NCBI GenBank assembly: GCA_029717555.1
Contig: JAMDHS010000007.1
Location: 310,001 to 374,000 of the forward strand
Origin: Peribolospora baueri
Lineage: Eukaryota
Length of the DNA: 64,000 bases
Direction: 5' to 3'
Part shown: positions 25,837 through 36,893 of the stretch, in pieces
Position numbering within the stretch: position 1 is the first letter of the stretch
How the letters are laid out: each line of letters starts with the position of its first letter
Made by a program: the position numbers and the translations under genes
The notes under the pieces: model-generated
The model's database searches: none
What the model was told of the DNA's origin: nothing
What the model saw: the letters and a program-made list of their open reading frames with translations, nothing else

Positions 25837-28729
25837 ATGGCAGCGGCCGGTCTCACAGGCCTATCCAAGGCCGTATTCAGCAAGGCTCCCGTCTTTGCTC
25901 CCTCCGCGCGACCACGATTCTCGCCCCTCGTCGCTCTATCGCGACCTCCTTCCGTGCATAGGCCGACGTTCCTTGTCGATGGCCGCGCCGCACGCTCCTA
26001 CGCTACCAGGTCGGGACCCTCGAGCTCTTCGTCGTCGCACCGGACCTCGCCTAGGTGGTATCTATTTTTTTTGGCCGCAGGAGGAGTGATGCTTTACAAA
26101 CTCTCCTCCGATGGGTCTTCTCGTCGCCGTTCTCCCTGGTCGGACGCCCATCTGATCCCATCTCCCTCAGAACCGTCGGAGTCGCCCTCTTCGTCATCAC
26201 AATCGGCGGACGAGGAGCCGCAGTCGGCCGATTCGACGCATCCTCATGGGCGCCCGAGTAACGATGCGAACGACCGGCCGCCATGGCAAGAGTCGCGATG
26301 GGCATTCGTCCGCCTGACCGGTCGACTGTATTACCTCGTCAACGTGTGGGTTGTCGAACCGCTCGGAACGGCAAAGCGGTTCGTGCACCTCGTCGTCTTG
26401 TTCTTGCCCCTATTTCTTGCGTTGCCGGCTTTGCTCATGGGCGAGAGGGTGGAGGTAGAGCGATCTGAGGGCGGCACGCGTGTGCTGGACAAGGGTGAGA
26501 GGGACAAGAGTGCGGGGTCTGGCAAGAGGAGAAGGAGAATGAGGCGACGCGAGGAAGGTGAGAGGAGTGGCGCAATCTGGTGGTACAAATTATTGGTCAG
26601 ACAGATGGAGAAGGCCGGCCCCACTTTCATCAAGGTGAGCGGACGGCGAGCTGGATTGCTTTGTCAACGACTGGAGAGGCGAGGATGACATTTACACCAC
26701 ATCACCGCGTATTCCCCATCTTAGCTCGCTCAATGGGCCGCATCCAGGCACGATTTGTTCCCTCAAATGCTCTGCGATCTTTTTGGAAAGCTACATTCCG
26801 ACGGCCGGCCTCACTCTTTTGGGCACACCAAGCGAGTCCTGGAGCGCGTGTTTGAGCGCGACTTTGAAGACATATTCGAAGAATTTGATCGCGAGCCTAT
26901 AGGGTGTGGTGCTATTGCTCAGGTGGGATCTCTCGTCTTTGGATCCGTCCTGCTTGGCACAAGCTGACAATCTCGTTTATTCCGCCTTGCTCCGCTAGGT
27001 TTACAAGGGAACATTGCGCGCCGACCTCATCCCGCCGTCGTACCTTGACCCCAAGCGGAGGCCATCTACAGGCTCGCCGACGGAGCTTGTGGCCCAACAA
27101 CTTGCTCTTACTTCGCCCGAGGACAGCGTGCAGCCACCGGTGCCGACGGCCTCAGTGGCCATCAAAATCCTCCACCCACGTGTCGATAAGGTCATCAACC
27201 GAGATCTGCAGATCATGTCCTTCTTTGCGCACCTCATTAACGCCCTGCCTGGAATGCAATGGATCTCGCTGCCAGAAGAGGTGGACGTCTTCGGCGACAT
27301 GATGCGCAGCCAGCTTGACCTCCGCGTTGAGGCCGAGAATCTTGTACGGTTCGAGAAAAACTTCCGGGACCGCAAGACCAGCGTCAGCTTCCCACGCCCG
27401 CTCCGCGATTTTTCGACGAGGGAGATGCTTATCGAGGAGTATGAGGAGGCTCTGCCGCTCAAAGCGTTTTTGAAGAACGGTGCTGGACCGTACGACGACA
27501 AGATTGCCAATATGGGTTTGGACGCTTTCTTGGTGAGCCACGCCCGAGGCGCGGCGCGCGCCACTCACCGGCTTTTTTGCCGCCGAGTCTTTTCTGACTT
27601 CCATCCTGGTGACGATACCCTCGACAGCAAATGCTTTTGCTAGACAATTTCACCCATTCCGATTTGCACCCGGGCAACATCATGATCAAGTTCTACCGAC
27701 CCTCGACGCGTTCGGTCGTCCACGACATCCTCTCCTCCATCCTCGCCCATTTCGATTCGGACTATCACTACACGCAGCACCTCACCGACGTGGACGAGCA
27801 GGCGGACGCGGCGGTCGTGAGAAGGCTGGCGCCGCTCGCCAAGGGCAACTCATCCGAATGGGTCGACGAGCTGTACAGGCTCGACGAAGCGGGTTATCTT
27901 CCCGAGCTAGTCTTCATCGACAGCGGACTGGTAACGCAGCTATCGGACGTAAACCGACGCAACTTCCTCGACCTGTTTCGAGCGGTGGCCGAGTTCGACG
28001 GCATGCGAGCGGGAAAGCTGATGGTGGAGCGGTGCAAGACGCCGGAGCTGGTGGTGGACGAGGACACATTCGCTCTCCGGATGCAGGACTTGGTGCTTAG
28101 CGTAAAGAGCAAGACGTTCAGCTTGGCCAAGGTCAAGATCTCGGACGTTCTGACGGACGTCCTGTTGAGCGTGCGCAAACACCATGTCAAGATGGAGGGC
28201 GACTTCATCAACACGGTCATCAGCATATTGCTTCTCGAGGGTATTGGTCGGCAGTTCGATCCCAACATGGACCTTTTCAAGAGCGCACTTCCCATACTGA
28301 GGCAGCTCGGCAAGCAGATGGGTGGTCACGTCAAGGCGACCAGCCCGCCCATCGACACCTCCGAGCTCGGTCCCATGCTCAAGGTGAGCCTCAACCGCGA
28401 TGTTGGCGCACGGAGGAGCGGGCTTTTGTGACTCATCGACTCGCTTCCAAACCCTTTCCTTCCCCTTCTCCCCGTCCCATGTCCCAGTTCTGGTTCTGGC
28501 TGGAAGCGAGGGAGTTTATCTCGGGCGCGATTCGCGCTAAAGATGCGGATGCATGGATCCGATACGATTGGTGAGTCGGCTAGCTCTTTTTTCGGGGTAT
28601 GGAGTTTCGTCGTGTTCGTGCATCCATTGACTAGCTGCGTACTTGTCTCTTTTCGCTTCGTTCCTTCCGGCCCACCTCGTATGGCCACCTTGGTCCGTCT
28701 CTGTCCACAGGCTCACCCCGAATGTATAG
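25837..28729 (+). CDS. CQD1: UbiB/ABC1-family atypical kinase (ADCK2/yeast YPL109C-Cqd1 type), mitochondrial
   Basis: AGPTFIK|LAQWA, PIGCGAIAQ|VY, VAIKILHP, QLDLRVEA, NFTHSDLHPGN, FIDSGL, LEGIGRQ, and C-terminal YDWLTPNV*. Confidence 0.85.
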
Positions 28730-29205
28730 ACACTCCCTGCGCGCCTCTGATTTGATTCTATGTAGAACACTAGCTAGAAGCGGTCTTTTGAAGGGGCGGT
28801 AGAGGAGTCCGCGCCGCTGTGTACACTTGCGACACGTTCGATCTGTCTCTTCAAATCTCTTCACCTGCGGGACCGAGTGAGGTGTATGTTCGAAGCGAGG
28901 ACGGGGTTGTCCGGAGAACGTCATCGGAACGAAAGGACTCTTGAGTCCTCATTTTGGCCCCCCGTCCCGTACTTGTGCTTGGTCAAGCTGCCCACCGCGA
29001 GGGGCGCATGGCATGGCAGAGCAGCTACCGCTCCAGCCTCAAGAGGCTCTCGCCGCAGCTTATCGCTGAGCGGCGATGGTATCTAATTTGCTGCGGCGAG
29101 CCATAACTAGGAGCCCCTGGCTCCAGCCTCCTTACCACCACCGCCCCCACCAGCTCTCCCTCTTTCCTCCATTCTCCTTTCCACATACGCATTCTGTTGC
29201 CCTCC

Positions 29206-32200
29206 ATGGCTCAAGTTTCTGATAACCTCAAGATATACCCCGCGCAGAGCTACGATCTCTTCTTCTATGGTGAGTCCCTGTGCTCGGTGGATTGTACCCA
29301 GTCCGTGCTATGGCGGACGTCTGAGTTGGTTTGCTTTGATGTCACTGGCACCCATGGCTGTAGGCACGTTAATCCACCCCGCCATCTTGGCTCGAGTCAT
29401 TGGAAACGACGGTGCCCATCTGACCTTGCAGGAGGCTCTTCTACCGGTGAGTTTTGCCGAGTCGGGGGGAGGCTGTAATAAGTGGCCCGATCGGCGAGGC
29501 TCAACTTTCGTCGCTGCTCTGCAAGGGTCACACCCGTCACCATGTTTGCGGTGAGGACTATCCCGCGGTAGTTCCAATCTCCAGCTCCTCTCAGCTTCTC
29601 AAGCGGACTCCAGCGCCCACCGAAGCGACGGTCCGAGGTACGCTCGTCTCCGGTCTCACCGGTGCGGATGTCGCCTTCCTCGACACGTTCGAGGGCGACG
29701 ACTACACCCGCGTCGTAGCTGGCGTCATACCCACCTCTGGACCGAGCCAGACCCCTCGCAACAGCACGTCACTCCGTGCCGTTTCGGACCCGGATAGCGT
29801 AGCTTCCATCCTTCCGCCTCTTTCAGACGAGCAGATCGGACAATTCCTCTTGGAACCCACCCGGCCGGCGCATGTTTACCTCTGGGCGGCGTCTATCGAA
29901 CGACTTGCCCCCTCCATCTGGTCGTTTGAAGACTTCGTGCGGGACAAGGCACAGAACTGGGTGGGGCAAACTGGGGATGGCAGCGGAAAGGCCCACGAGT
30001 ACGCAGAAGTCGATAGGAGGCGAGCAATGGGCGGTAAAATCACGCCGAGGACCCCGAACGGCGGCAGTGGCTCTTCCACTCCGTCTGAGTTTGGGCACTC
30101 GATGAGGAAGTATTTTGCCTTCGATGACAAGCATACCAACTTAAATTGCGGTGGGTCGCTTCAGATCCCTTTTCCGCCGTCACAGTTAGCCGGAAGACGA
30201 GGCGAATCCGACCATTACTGATCGACCTCGGGTTGGCCTTTTAGGCAGCTTTGGCGTCTGTCCCCACCGCGTGCGCGAAGTCTATCGAGAATGGCAGGAT
30301 AAGATCGAAGCTCAGCCAGACGTGAGTTAAGGCGACCAACAAGTTTTGGCTTCAGCAGATCGATCTCGCATATGACGGCTGTCCAATCTCTTTGCAGCAC
30401 TTCATGATGATGGTAGTGGGCGGGGAGGTTAACAAGGTTCGGGCGCGTCTGGCACCCATGCTCGGCGCAGATGTGGACGAAGTCGTGCTTGTGAGTCTTG
30501 TACGAGCCCCATCTTCGGCCGCTACTGCACGCCCGTCGCGTGCGACTCACATTTTAGCTCTTTCCGTAAACAGGTAGCGAATTCCACGACCGGAGTGAAT
30601 GCTGTGGTGCGCGACCTCGACTGGAAGAAGGGAGACGTCATAGTGAGTAGCGGAGCCATGCTCCTCCTGTTTTCTTTGCCCTGCTTCCTCTGCGAAACAC
30701 TCAAGGCTGTCTGCAATGCTATTTTTCTCTCACGGGCAGCTCCTGTTTTCAACGATCTACAACGCCTGCGGGTCTACGTTGCGCTATGTTTCGGACTCGC
30801 ATCCCGCCCACCCGGAGTTGTTGATCCTGAACGTAGAATACCCGCTCAGTCATGACGCTTTAGTTTCCCAGGTCCGTAACGCGATCGAGAGTTTTGAGAC
30901 GGAGGAGGCGAAGAAAGGGAAGCGCATCAGGGCGGCTCTGGTCGACGCTATCAGCAGCCATCCCGGCGTCATCGTTCCGGTGGGTACTCAGCGGCTTCAA
31001 GTGGCACATCGTTGCCCTGAGAGTTTACATCGCCTCCGAACTCCTCATCCCGCTGCCTTCCTCTTCAGTGGGAACGTCTCGTCAAACTGTTCCGCGAGCA
31101 CGCCATCCTTTCTATTGTGGGTCCCAAGAATTTTCCGCCAGATCAGCCTGGATATTGGCGTCACCGGGCATCGGTAGTACTCCTCCAGAGAACTTCATTT
31201 TTTGACTCCTGTATTGAACTCACAGGTCGACGGGGCTCACGCCATCGGACAGATAGAGGTAGACTTGCACGCAGCTGACCCTGATTTCTTGTGAGTGCCA
31301 ATTTCTTCCTACCATGATTAGGTTTTTAGGTAATTCGGAGTTTCCTGACTCTGACTGGACCGGCGTTGTCCCTATTTCGTACTCACTTGCTCACTCATAA
31401 ACAGCGTGACGAACGTACACAAATGGGCCTTTGCCCATCGTGGCTGCGCCGTGCTTTATGTCCCCAAGAGGTGAGCTATGTTTGCACGTCATGAGGACGT
31501 CCGCATGTGGATTGTCGACTATGGCCGAATCAGCTCACGCGCCCTGTGCTCTTTCGTTCTCCGCAGAAATTTGCATCTTGCTCGCTCAAGCTTGCCGACC
31601 CCTAGAACATATCAGGGTCCGCCCGAAGACGGAAAGCCGAGCACATGGGTAAGTCGTCCAGCTGAAGGTTGCTTGCCACTTTCGGCGACTAGCAAAGCAG
31701 CTGACAAACGAAGCCTTTATCTTCCTTTACGAAAGGTTGACCAGTGGGCGTGGACTGGGACAATTACTCACTGCTCTTACCTCTCTATCGAAGCAGGTGG
31801 GTGCGTCGAGGACCCGCTTACCAGGGCGAAGATCCCGAAGTCAGAAATCTGAGCTCAGCTATATTTTGCTCTAATACATCGGGGGCCTATTCCTGCATTC
31901 TCGCAGCGCTTGACTTCCGCCAGTCCATCGGCGGCGAGGCGCAAATCCGTGAATACAACCACGATCTGGCCGTCAAAGGCGGTAAATTGGTGGCCCAGAA
32001 GCTCGGAACAGAAGTGATGGAGACCGAAAAGGGCGAGCTCACGGCAGCGATGGTTCGTCCGACTTATCAGGTACGAGAAATTGGGATCTGCGTGTTGTGA
32101 CAATGTCCCTCGTTTTGGCCGCCTTTACTTCCTCGCAGGTCAACGTCCGCCTTCCCATCGAACTCAAGCCCGGACAGGGCTTTGAATACGAAGATTGGTT

Positions 32201-32589
32201 CATCAGGACACTCGACCGCGAGTATAACACCATTGTGCCGCTTTTCAAGTAAGGTTCCCCGCCCTAATCCTGTCTTGTGCCTGCAGAAATGGGAAAAGGG
32301 CGCGCTCACCGAGATTCTTGCTCACATGTATCTACAGGCACGCCGGCAAGCTTTGGACGCGTCTGTCAGCTCAGATCTGGGTGAGTGAGGAGGCGCGTAG
32401 GTGTAGTGGTGTAGGACGTGTGTCCCCAGACTTCCAAAGTCCTTCGCTGACCGTTCGCGCCGACATTTAAACCTTTTCATACTCGTTTGCGATCTGCCCG
32501 CAAAGCTCGACCTGTCTGATTTCGAATTCATTGCTAGAGCCTTGGGGAACCTTTGCAAGCGTGTCAACGACGGCCAGGTGTCTCTCTGA
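29206..32589 (+). CDS. Fusion protein: N-terminal AIG2-like gamma-glutamylcyclotransferase domain + class-V PLP-dependent C-S lyase (hercynylcysteine sulfoxide lyase Egt2-like)
   Basis: GGCT part: FFY|GTL, YPAVV, VRGTLVSGL, LDTFEG, WSFEDF. Lyase part: FGHSMRKYFAF, LNC|GSFG, EAQPD|HF, NSTTGVN, DAISSHPG, VDGAHAIGQ, PDF|VTNVHKW (PLP lysine), WTRLSAQIW|LDLSDF. Confidence 0.85.
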
Positions 32590-32811
32590 GTCACGTTCAA
32601 GATTACCGTTCTTTTCACATGCACAAGACATCGGAATGTCAGATCGTATTTATGTCCGGACTTTCGAGAAGATGGAAGCTGCCCCTTGTTTCTCCGGCAC
32701 CTTGGGAAATACTTGATATTGAACCATTCACTATGGTATCGATGCATTCTACGTGTTCACGCCGGAGGCAGGCTGTAGAACTACATTCCCGGAAAGAACC
32801 GTAGCTTGCAT

Positions 32812-35388
32812 TCAGGACTTGACCCGAACTTGGCTACCCCCCTCTCTCCACCGTCGGAGCTCCTTCCACACGCCAGGAAGTGCAGCCTTCGTCCGTTCCA
32901 TGATACGGTCCTCCCACTCCGGCTGGTCCTTGTACTTCCTTCCGAAGCGTGCGAACCGGAGGAGCATCCCGACGGTTCTTTGGTCGGGCACGGAACGCGT
33001 CGCCTGCCTGGCCTCTGCATCTGCGTCGTCCAGAAGCGGCGCCGACTCAATTTTCCTTTCGCCGCCCTTGGGCTCAACCACGAGACCGGCGTTTCGCAGT
33101 TCGCCGCTGCAAACGACGGCGATGGCCTCATCCAGCCGTCCACACCGTGCCAAACACTCTATCCACGCCTCCCAATTCGGCCCGTTCATCTCAAACCCTT
33201 CCCGGCGTAGCGTCTCCCACGCCTTCCGCGCGTATGGGAGCTCGTCGGCGTAGCCGCAACCATCCAAGAGGATGCTGACCGTCGCATTGTCGATGCGTCG
33301 ACGGTTGACACGGAGGTTCTCCCAGATATGCGTCACGAGCCCAAAGTGACCTGTGCGATTGTAGGCGTTCATGAGCGCGTTGACCAACGGCAAGTCGGGC
33401 TCGAGCTCGAGATCCATCTTGATCAAATCGTGCGTCCGCAGCACAGACTCTTCGTCGCCAACCTTGGCATAGTAATTGAGGACGAGGGTGTAGGTATTAG
33501 AAAGAGGGCGGCAGCCAGCTTGGGTCATGTCCCTGAGGATCTCAAACACTGCATCCGATGGTGCGATTTCGTACGAAGCTATACTTGAGGGGCTGAAGAA
33601 GGAGTCTGGCGAGTCTGGTGCAGATTCGAACTGTTTGTCCCTGCCGTTCCGAGGAAAACGGAGACGCGTGAAGGCGGACAGGATAGTCATGAAGCCAGCA
33701 CCGTCGAGGGCAAACTTGTCAAGAGCAAACAGGTACGCGTACGCCTGGAATGCTTCGACGTGATCTCGACTGGCACGCATGAGCAGCAGAGTGATCTCGA
33801 TGACCTGGCGAGTGTTGAGCTTGACCCCTTTGTTGCGCATGTCGTCCAGGATCTCAATTGCTCGGTTCACATTGCGGGCTCGCGCGGCGCCGTGAAGAAG
33901 CGTAACGTAGACGTGAGGTTGCAGTACCAGCGGGCGACCATCGGAACCGTTTGGTAGGTCTTCAACGACGGAAAGCGCTCCATCGAGGTCCGGAGGGGTC
34001 TTTAAGCACAGCGCCCTGATGATGGGATGAACGAGGGCCGAGTCGGGCGAGACACCGGCGGACTGGGCGTCTTTGTACAACGTTAAGGCGTCGTTCAAAG
34101 CTCTCGCCGAGAGCTCTGGTGAGACCACAGGTGGCTCATCTGAGACAGAGTCGCCCATCGGACCGCTTGGCGGCGATGACGATCCGGCTCGGAGAATTTG
34201 AGAGATGGCTCTGCTATAGGCCTCTCGCCCAGGCCGTATTCTAGTCAAGCTTTCCACTCTGTCCAGCGCTGCCCTTGCGCTCCCAACGTCCTTTACATAC
34301 GCCAGACAGTATAGGGACACGAGGATATTGACGGTGAACAGGTCGGGTTCGAAATCGGCCGATTCTAAGGCATTTTGGAGCTCCTTCTCAGCTGCTTCCA
34401 CTCCTAGCCTATGGCCTTTGTAAGCGACGAGAGCATTCCAAAGCGCCGTATCGAGACGCTCGCCCTTCTGCAATAGGCTTTGCAATTGTTGTTCAACCTC
34501 GGCTGCTTTCTCCCAGCATTCCATCTTCGAATAGCCGTTGAGAAGCGTCGTTTGCGTCCAAGGAGTTGGTGCAACCTGGGCGGCGTTCATGGCGCTGATT
34601 GTCCGTTCGACGGATGCCAAGTCGCTGGCGGCAAATGACCCCTTCAGGATACTGGTGAGGGATATCGCGTTCGGACGTAAACCTTCCTGCTCTAGGAAAG
34701 CCAGCGTCCGCTCCAATCCCGCCACGTCCGCTTTTCGCTGGAAGCCGGATAGGACCGCGTTGCATATGAAAATATTGGGCCGAAAGCCGTAGGCCTGCTT
34801 GAGCTTGGCAATGCACACCAGCGCCTCGTCTGGCCTCTCCGCTCTCACATAGCCAAGGATGAGAGAGAAGAAGTCCGAAGCCTCGTAGGACCAGCGGAAG
34901 AGACGTCCTACGTCGTAGAACATGCGCTGCAGCAGAACGAGATGGCCGTCGTCGCAGCGGGAGGAGAGTAGCTTCATCGCCGCGCGCAGATCTTTTGCAC
35001 GAATGGGGAGCGCAGCATCTGTGGATGTCGACGCACGATCACGGTCGCGGAGGGAACGGACGAGTTCTCGGTACGGTCGGTGCAGGCGTTCTGGTCTGCC
35101 GGCTTCGATGGCCTTGAGGAACGCCTCAGCCGGATCATATGAGACATTTGCTACTAGTGCACCTGGAATCCATTTTCGTCGCGATGGGCCTGTGAAACGA
35201 GAGAAGAAAGCAGACGACAGAGACGAGGAAGTGAACGTTCGTGGCTGCTCCTGCGGCGCGGGAGTTGACGGTGGGTGAAGAGTACGGCGCCGTGGAGAAG
35301 CGAGAATAGGTGGCGATGGAAGCAGCTGTACCGCCCCAGGCGGCGTTTTGACGGCGAGCCGACACAACGCTTGCTTCCGAAGCGACAT
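32812..35388 (-). CDS. Pentatricopeptide repeat (PPR) protein, probably mitochondrial; intronless (alternative ATG at 35463)
   Basis: Recurrent ~35-aa PPR-like units (PNIFICNAVLSGF, PNAISLTSILKG, PTPWTQTTLLNGY, PDLFTVNILV, PDLPLVNALMNAY) and an Arg/Ser-rich N-terminus. Confidence 0.88.
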   Translation of the reverse strand: MSLRKQALCRLAVKTPPGAVQLLPSPPILASPRRRTLHPPSTPAPQEQPRTFTSSSLSSAFFSRFTGPSRRKWIPGALVANVSYDPAEAFLKAIEAGRPERLHRPYRELVRSLRDRDRASTSTDAALPIRAKDLRAAMKLLSSRCDDGHLVLLQRMFYDVGRLFRWSYEASDFFSLILGYVRAERPDEALVCIAKLKQAYGFRPNIFICNAVLSGFQRKADVAGLERTLAFLEQEGLRPNAISLTSILKGSFAASDLASVERTISAMNAAQVAPTPWTQTTLLNGYSKMECWEKAAEVEQQLQSLLQKGERLDTALWNALVAYKGHRLGVEAAEKELQNALESADFEPDLFTVNILVSLYCLAYVKDVGSARAALDRVESLTRIRPGREAYSRAISQILRAGSSSPPSGPMGDSVSDEPPVVSPELSARALNDALTLYKDAQSAGVSPDSALVHPIIRALCLKTPPDLDGALSVVEDLPNGSDGRPLVLQPHVYVTLLHGAARARNVNRAIEILDDMRNKGVKLNTRQVIEITLLLMRASRDHVEAFQAYAYLFALDKFALDGAGFMTILSAFTRLRFPRNGRDKQFESAPDSPDSFFSPSSIASYEIAPSDAVFEILRDMTQAGCRPLSNTYTLVLNYYAKVGDEESVLRTHDLIKMDLELEPDLPLVNALMNAYNRTGHFGLVTHIWENLRVNRRRIDNATVSILLDGCGYADELPYARKAWETLRREGFEMNGPNWEAWIECLARCGRLDEAIAVVCSGELRNAGLVVEPKGGERKIESAPLLDDADAEARQATRSVPDQRTVGMLLRFARFGRKYKDQPEWEDRIMERTKAALPGVWKELRRWREGGSQVRVKS

Positions 35389-35567
35389 GAAAGGCGAAGT
35401 CGAAGCTGGTGGACGTCGACGGGCTGGGCAGTCCAGAGGCGGACACCGATACGAACGGCGCATTGGCGCGAAGTATTTCTTCGAAGGTCACGTGCCAGCG
35501 ATCGCGACCGTTTTCCCCTCCCTAGCCGCGGTGGGGCACAGTTTGCCGCTCACCACCATCGTCGACC

Positions 35568-36356
35568 ATGTCGTCGAACGCGTCCCCGTACTCCCATAGA
35601 CCGGGTGGGGGACTCAAGTTCAAGGGCGGTGGTAGCGCGGACGAGAAGAAGAAGTGAGCGTGACTTTTGCTTCTTGTCCTCGAGCCTGGATCGATTGGAT
35701 CGCCAAAACATTGACACGTATCGCCCGCTTCCCTTCGTCCCCTGCCCGTGCCTATCAGGAAAAAGAAGAAATCGTCCACCTCCTCCGCCCTTCATGACAA
35801 GACCGTACTCGAGGGGAGCGGCCATGGCGAGGATCGCGACAAAGGCGAGGGTGGCAGCAAGAGCGCCGATCCGAGTCGGGGGCAGAGTCCGGCGGGCGTA
35901 GATACGCGAACGGAGGCGCAGAAGAAGTTTGAGGAGGTGCAACGGAAGAGGGTGAGCCTTCAGTTTCTTTTGTCTAGCTCTCTCTCCTGTCTCGCTTTTA
36001 TTTGTGCGTCCATAGAGGAGTTGCGATCTGTGTGGCTTTATAGGGATGTGACTTACTGAGGGTTGGAATGGCTCCTTTTCTTGCCGTCCTGTATCAATTC
36101 AAGATGGCAGAGCGAGTCAAGAAGGCGGCGGCAAAGACGCACAAAGATCGGGTGCAGGAGTTCAACAACTATCTTGAGAAGCTCAGCGAGCACTACGACA
36201 TCCCCAAGGTCAGTCGTCGGCGTCCTTGCCACATCCACCGGTGCAACCAAAGCCTGCCTGGCTTTGCTCCTCAGGTTGCCGCCACCGCACCCGTCCCCGC
36301 CTCCGCTCACCTCTGTTTCATTTGCCTCGGTGTGCTCACAGGTCGGACCGGGATAA
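35568..36356 (+). CDS. FAM32A: FAM32A/DUF1754-family small nuclear protein
   Basis: GGLKFKGG, RTEAQKKFEEVQRKR, THKDRVQEFNNYLEKLSEHYDIPK|VGPG*. Confidence 0.9.
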
Positions 36357-36893
36357 TGCGTGCTCCAGCCGCCCTTGCAAATCATCCTATATGTGTATCT
36401 ATCTCTTTCCCGCGTTATGTCTCCGCCTCTGTCTGTATGTCCATCTCCGAAGCACTGTGTACTTTCCCGAGGCGACCGTTACGCGTGTCAGCGCTGTTGC
36501 ACCTCCACGGCCGTCTTCTCCGTCAAGTTCTCCGTCCCTTGACGGAGACGGCAGTTCCCCCGGATATATGAAAAGACGGGCAAGGGACTGAGCCTTAACT
36601 GCCGGTTCGGACGCATGGACGGCCGGTATTGTTTTACACCATATAGAAGAGGTCATAGCTGCAGCAGCCGATGAACCTGTGCACGCCGGCGAATCAAACC
36701 TTCTCCCACGACTCTCCCGATATCTTTAGCCGACGTCATGGCCTTCGCCGCCATAGCTATTCGGCAGACATGCACTCAGAACTCGGCGAGCACCCGCCCG
36801 AACGCGATACAATTGGTCGATACAAATACAGATGCTAGCCCAATTCTCGGCTCTACCTCGCACAAGGACATCACCACGATCGCGAAACTAAGC

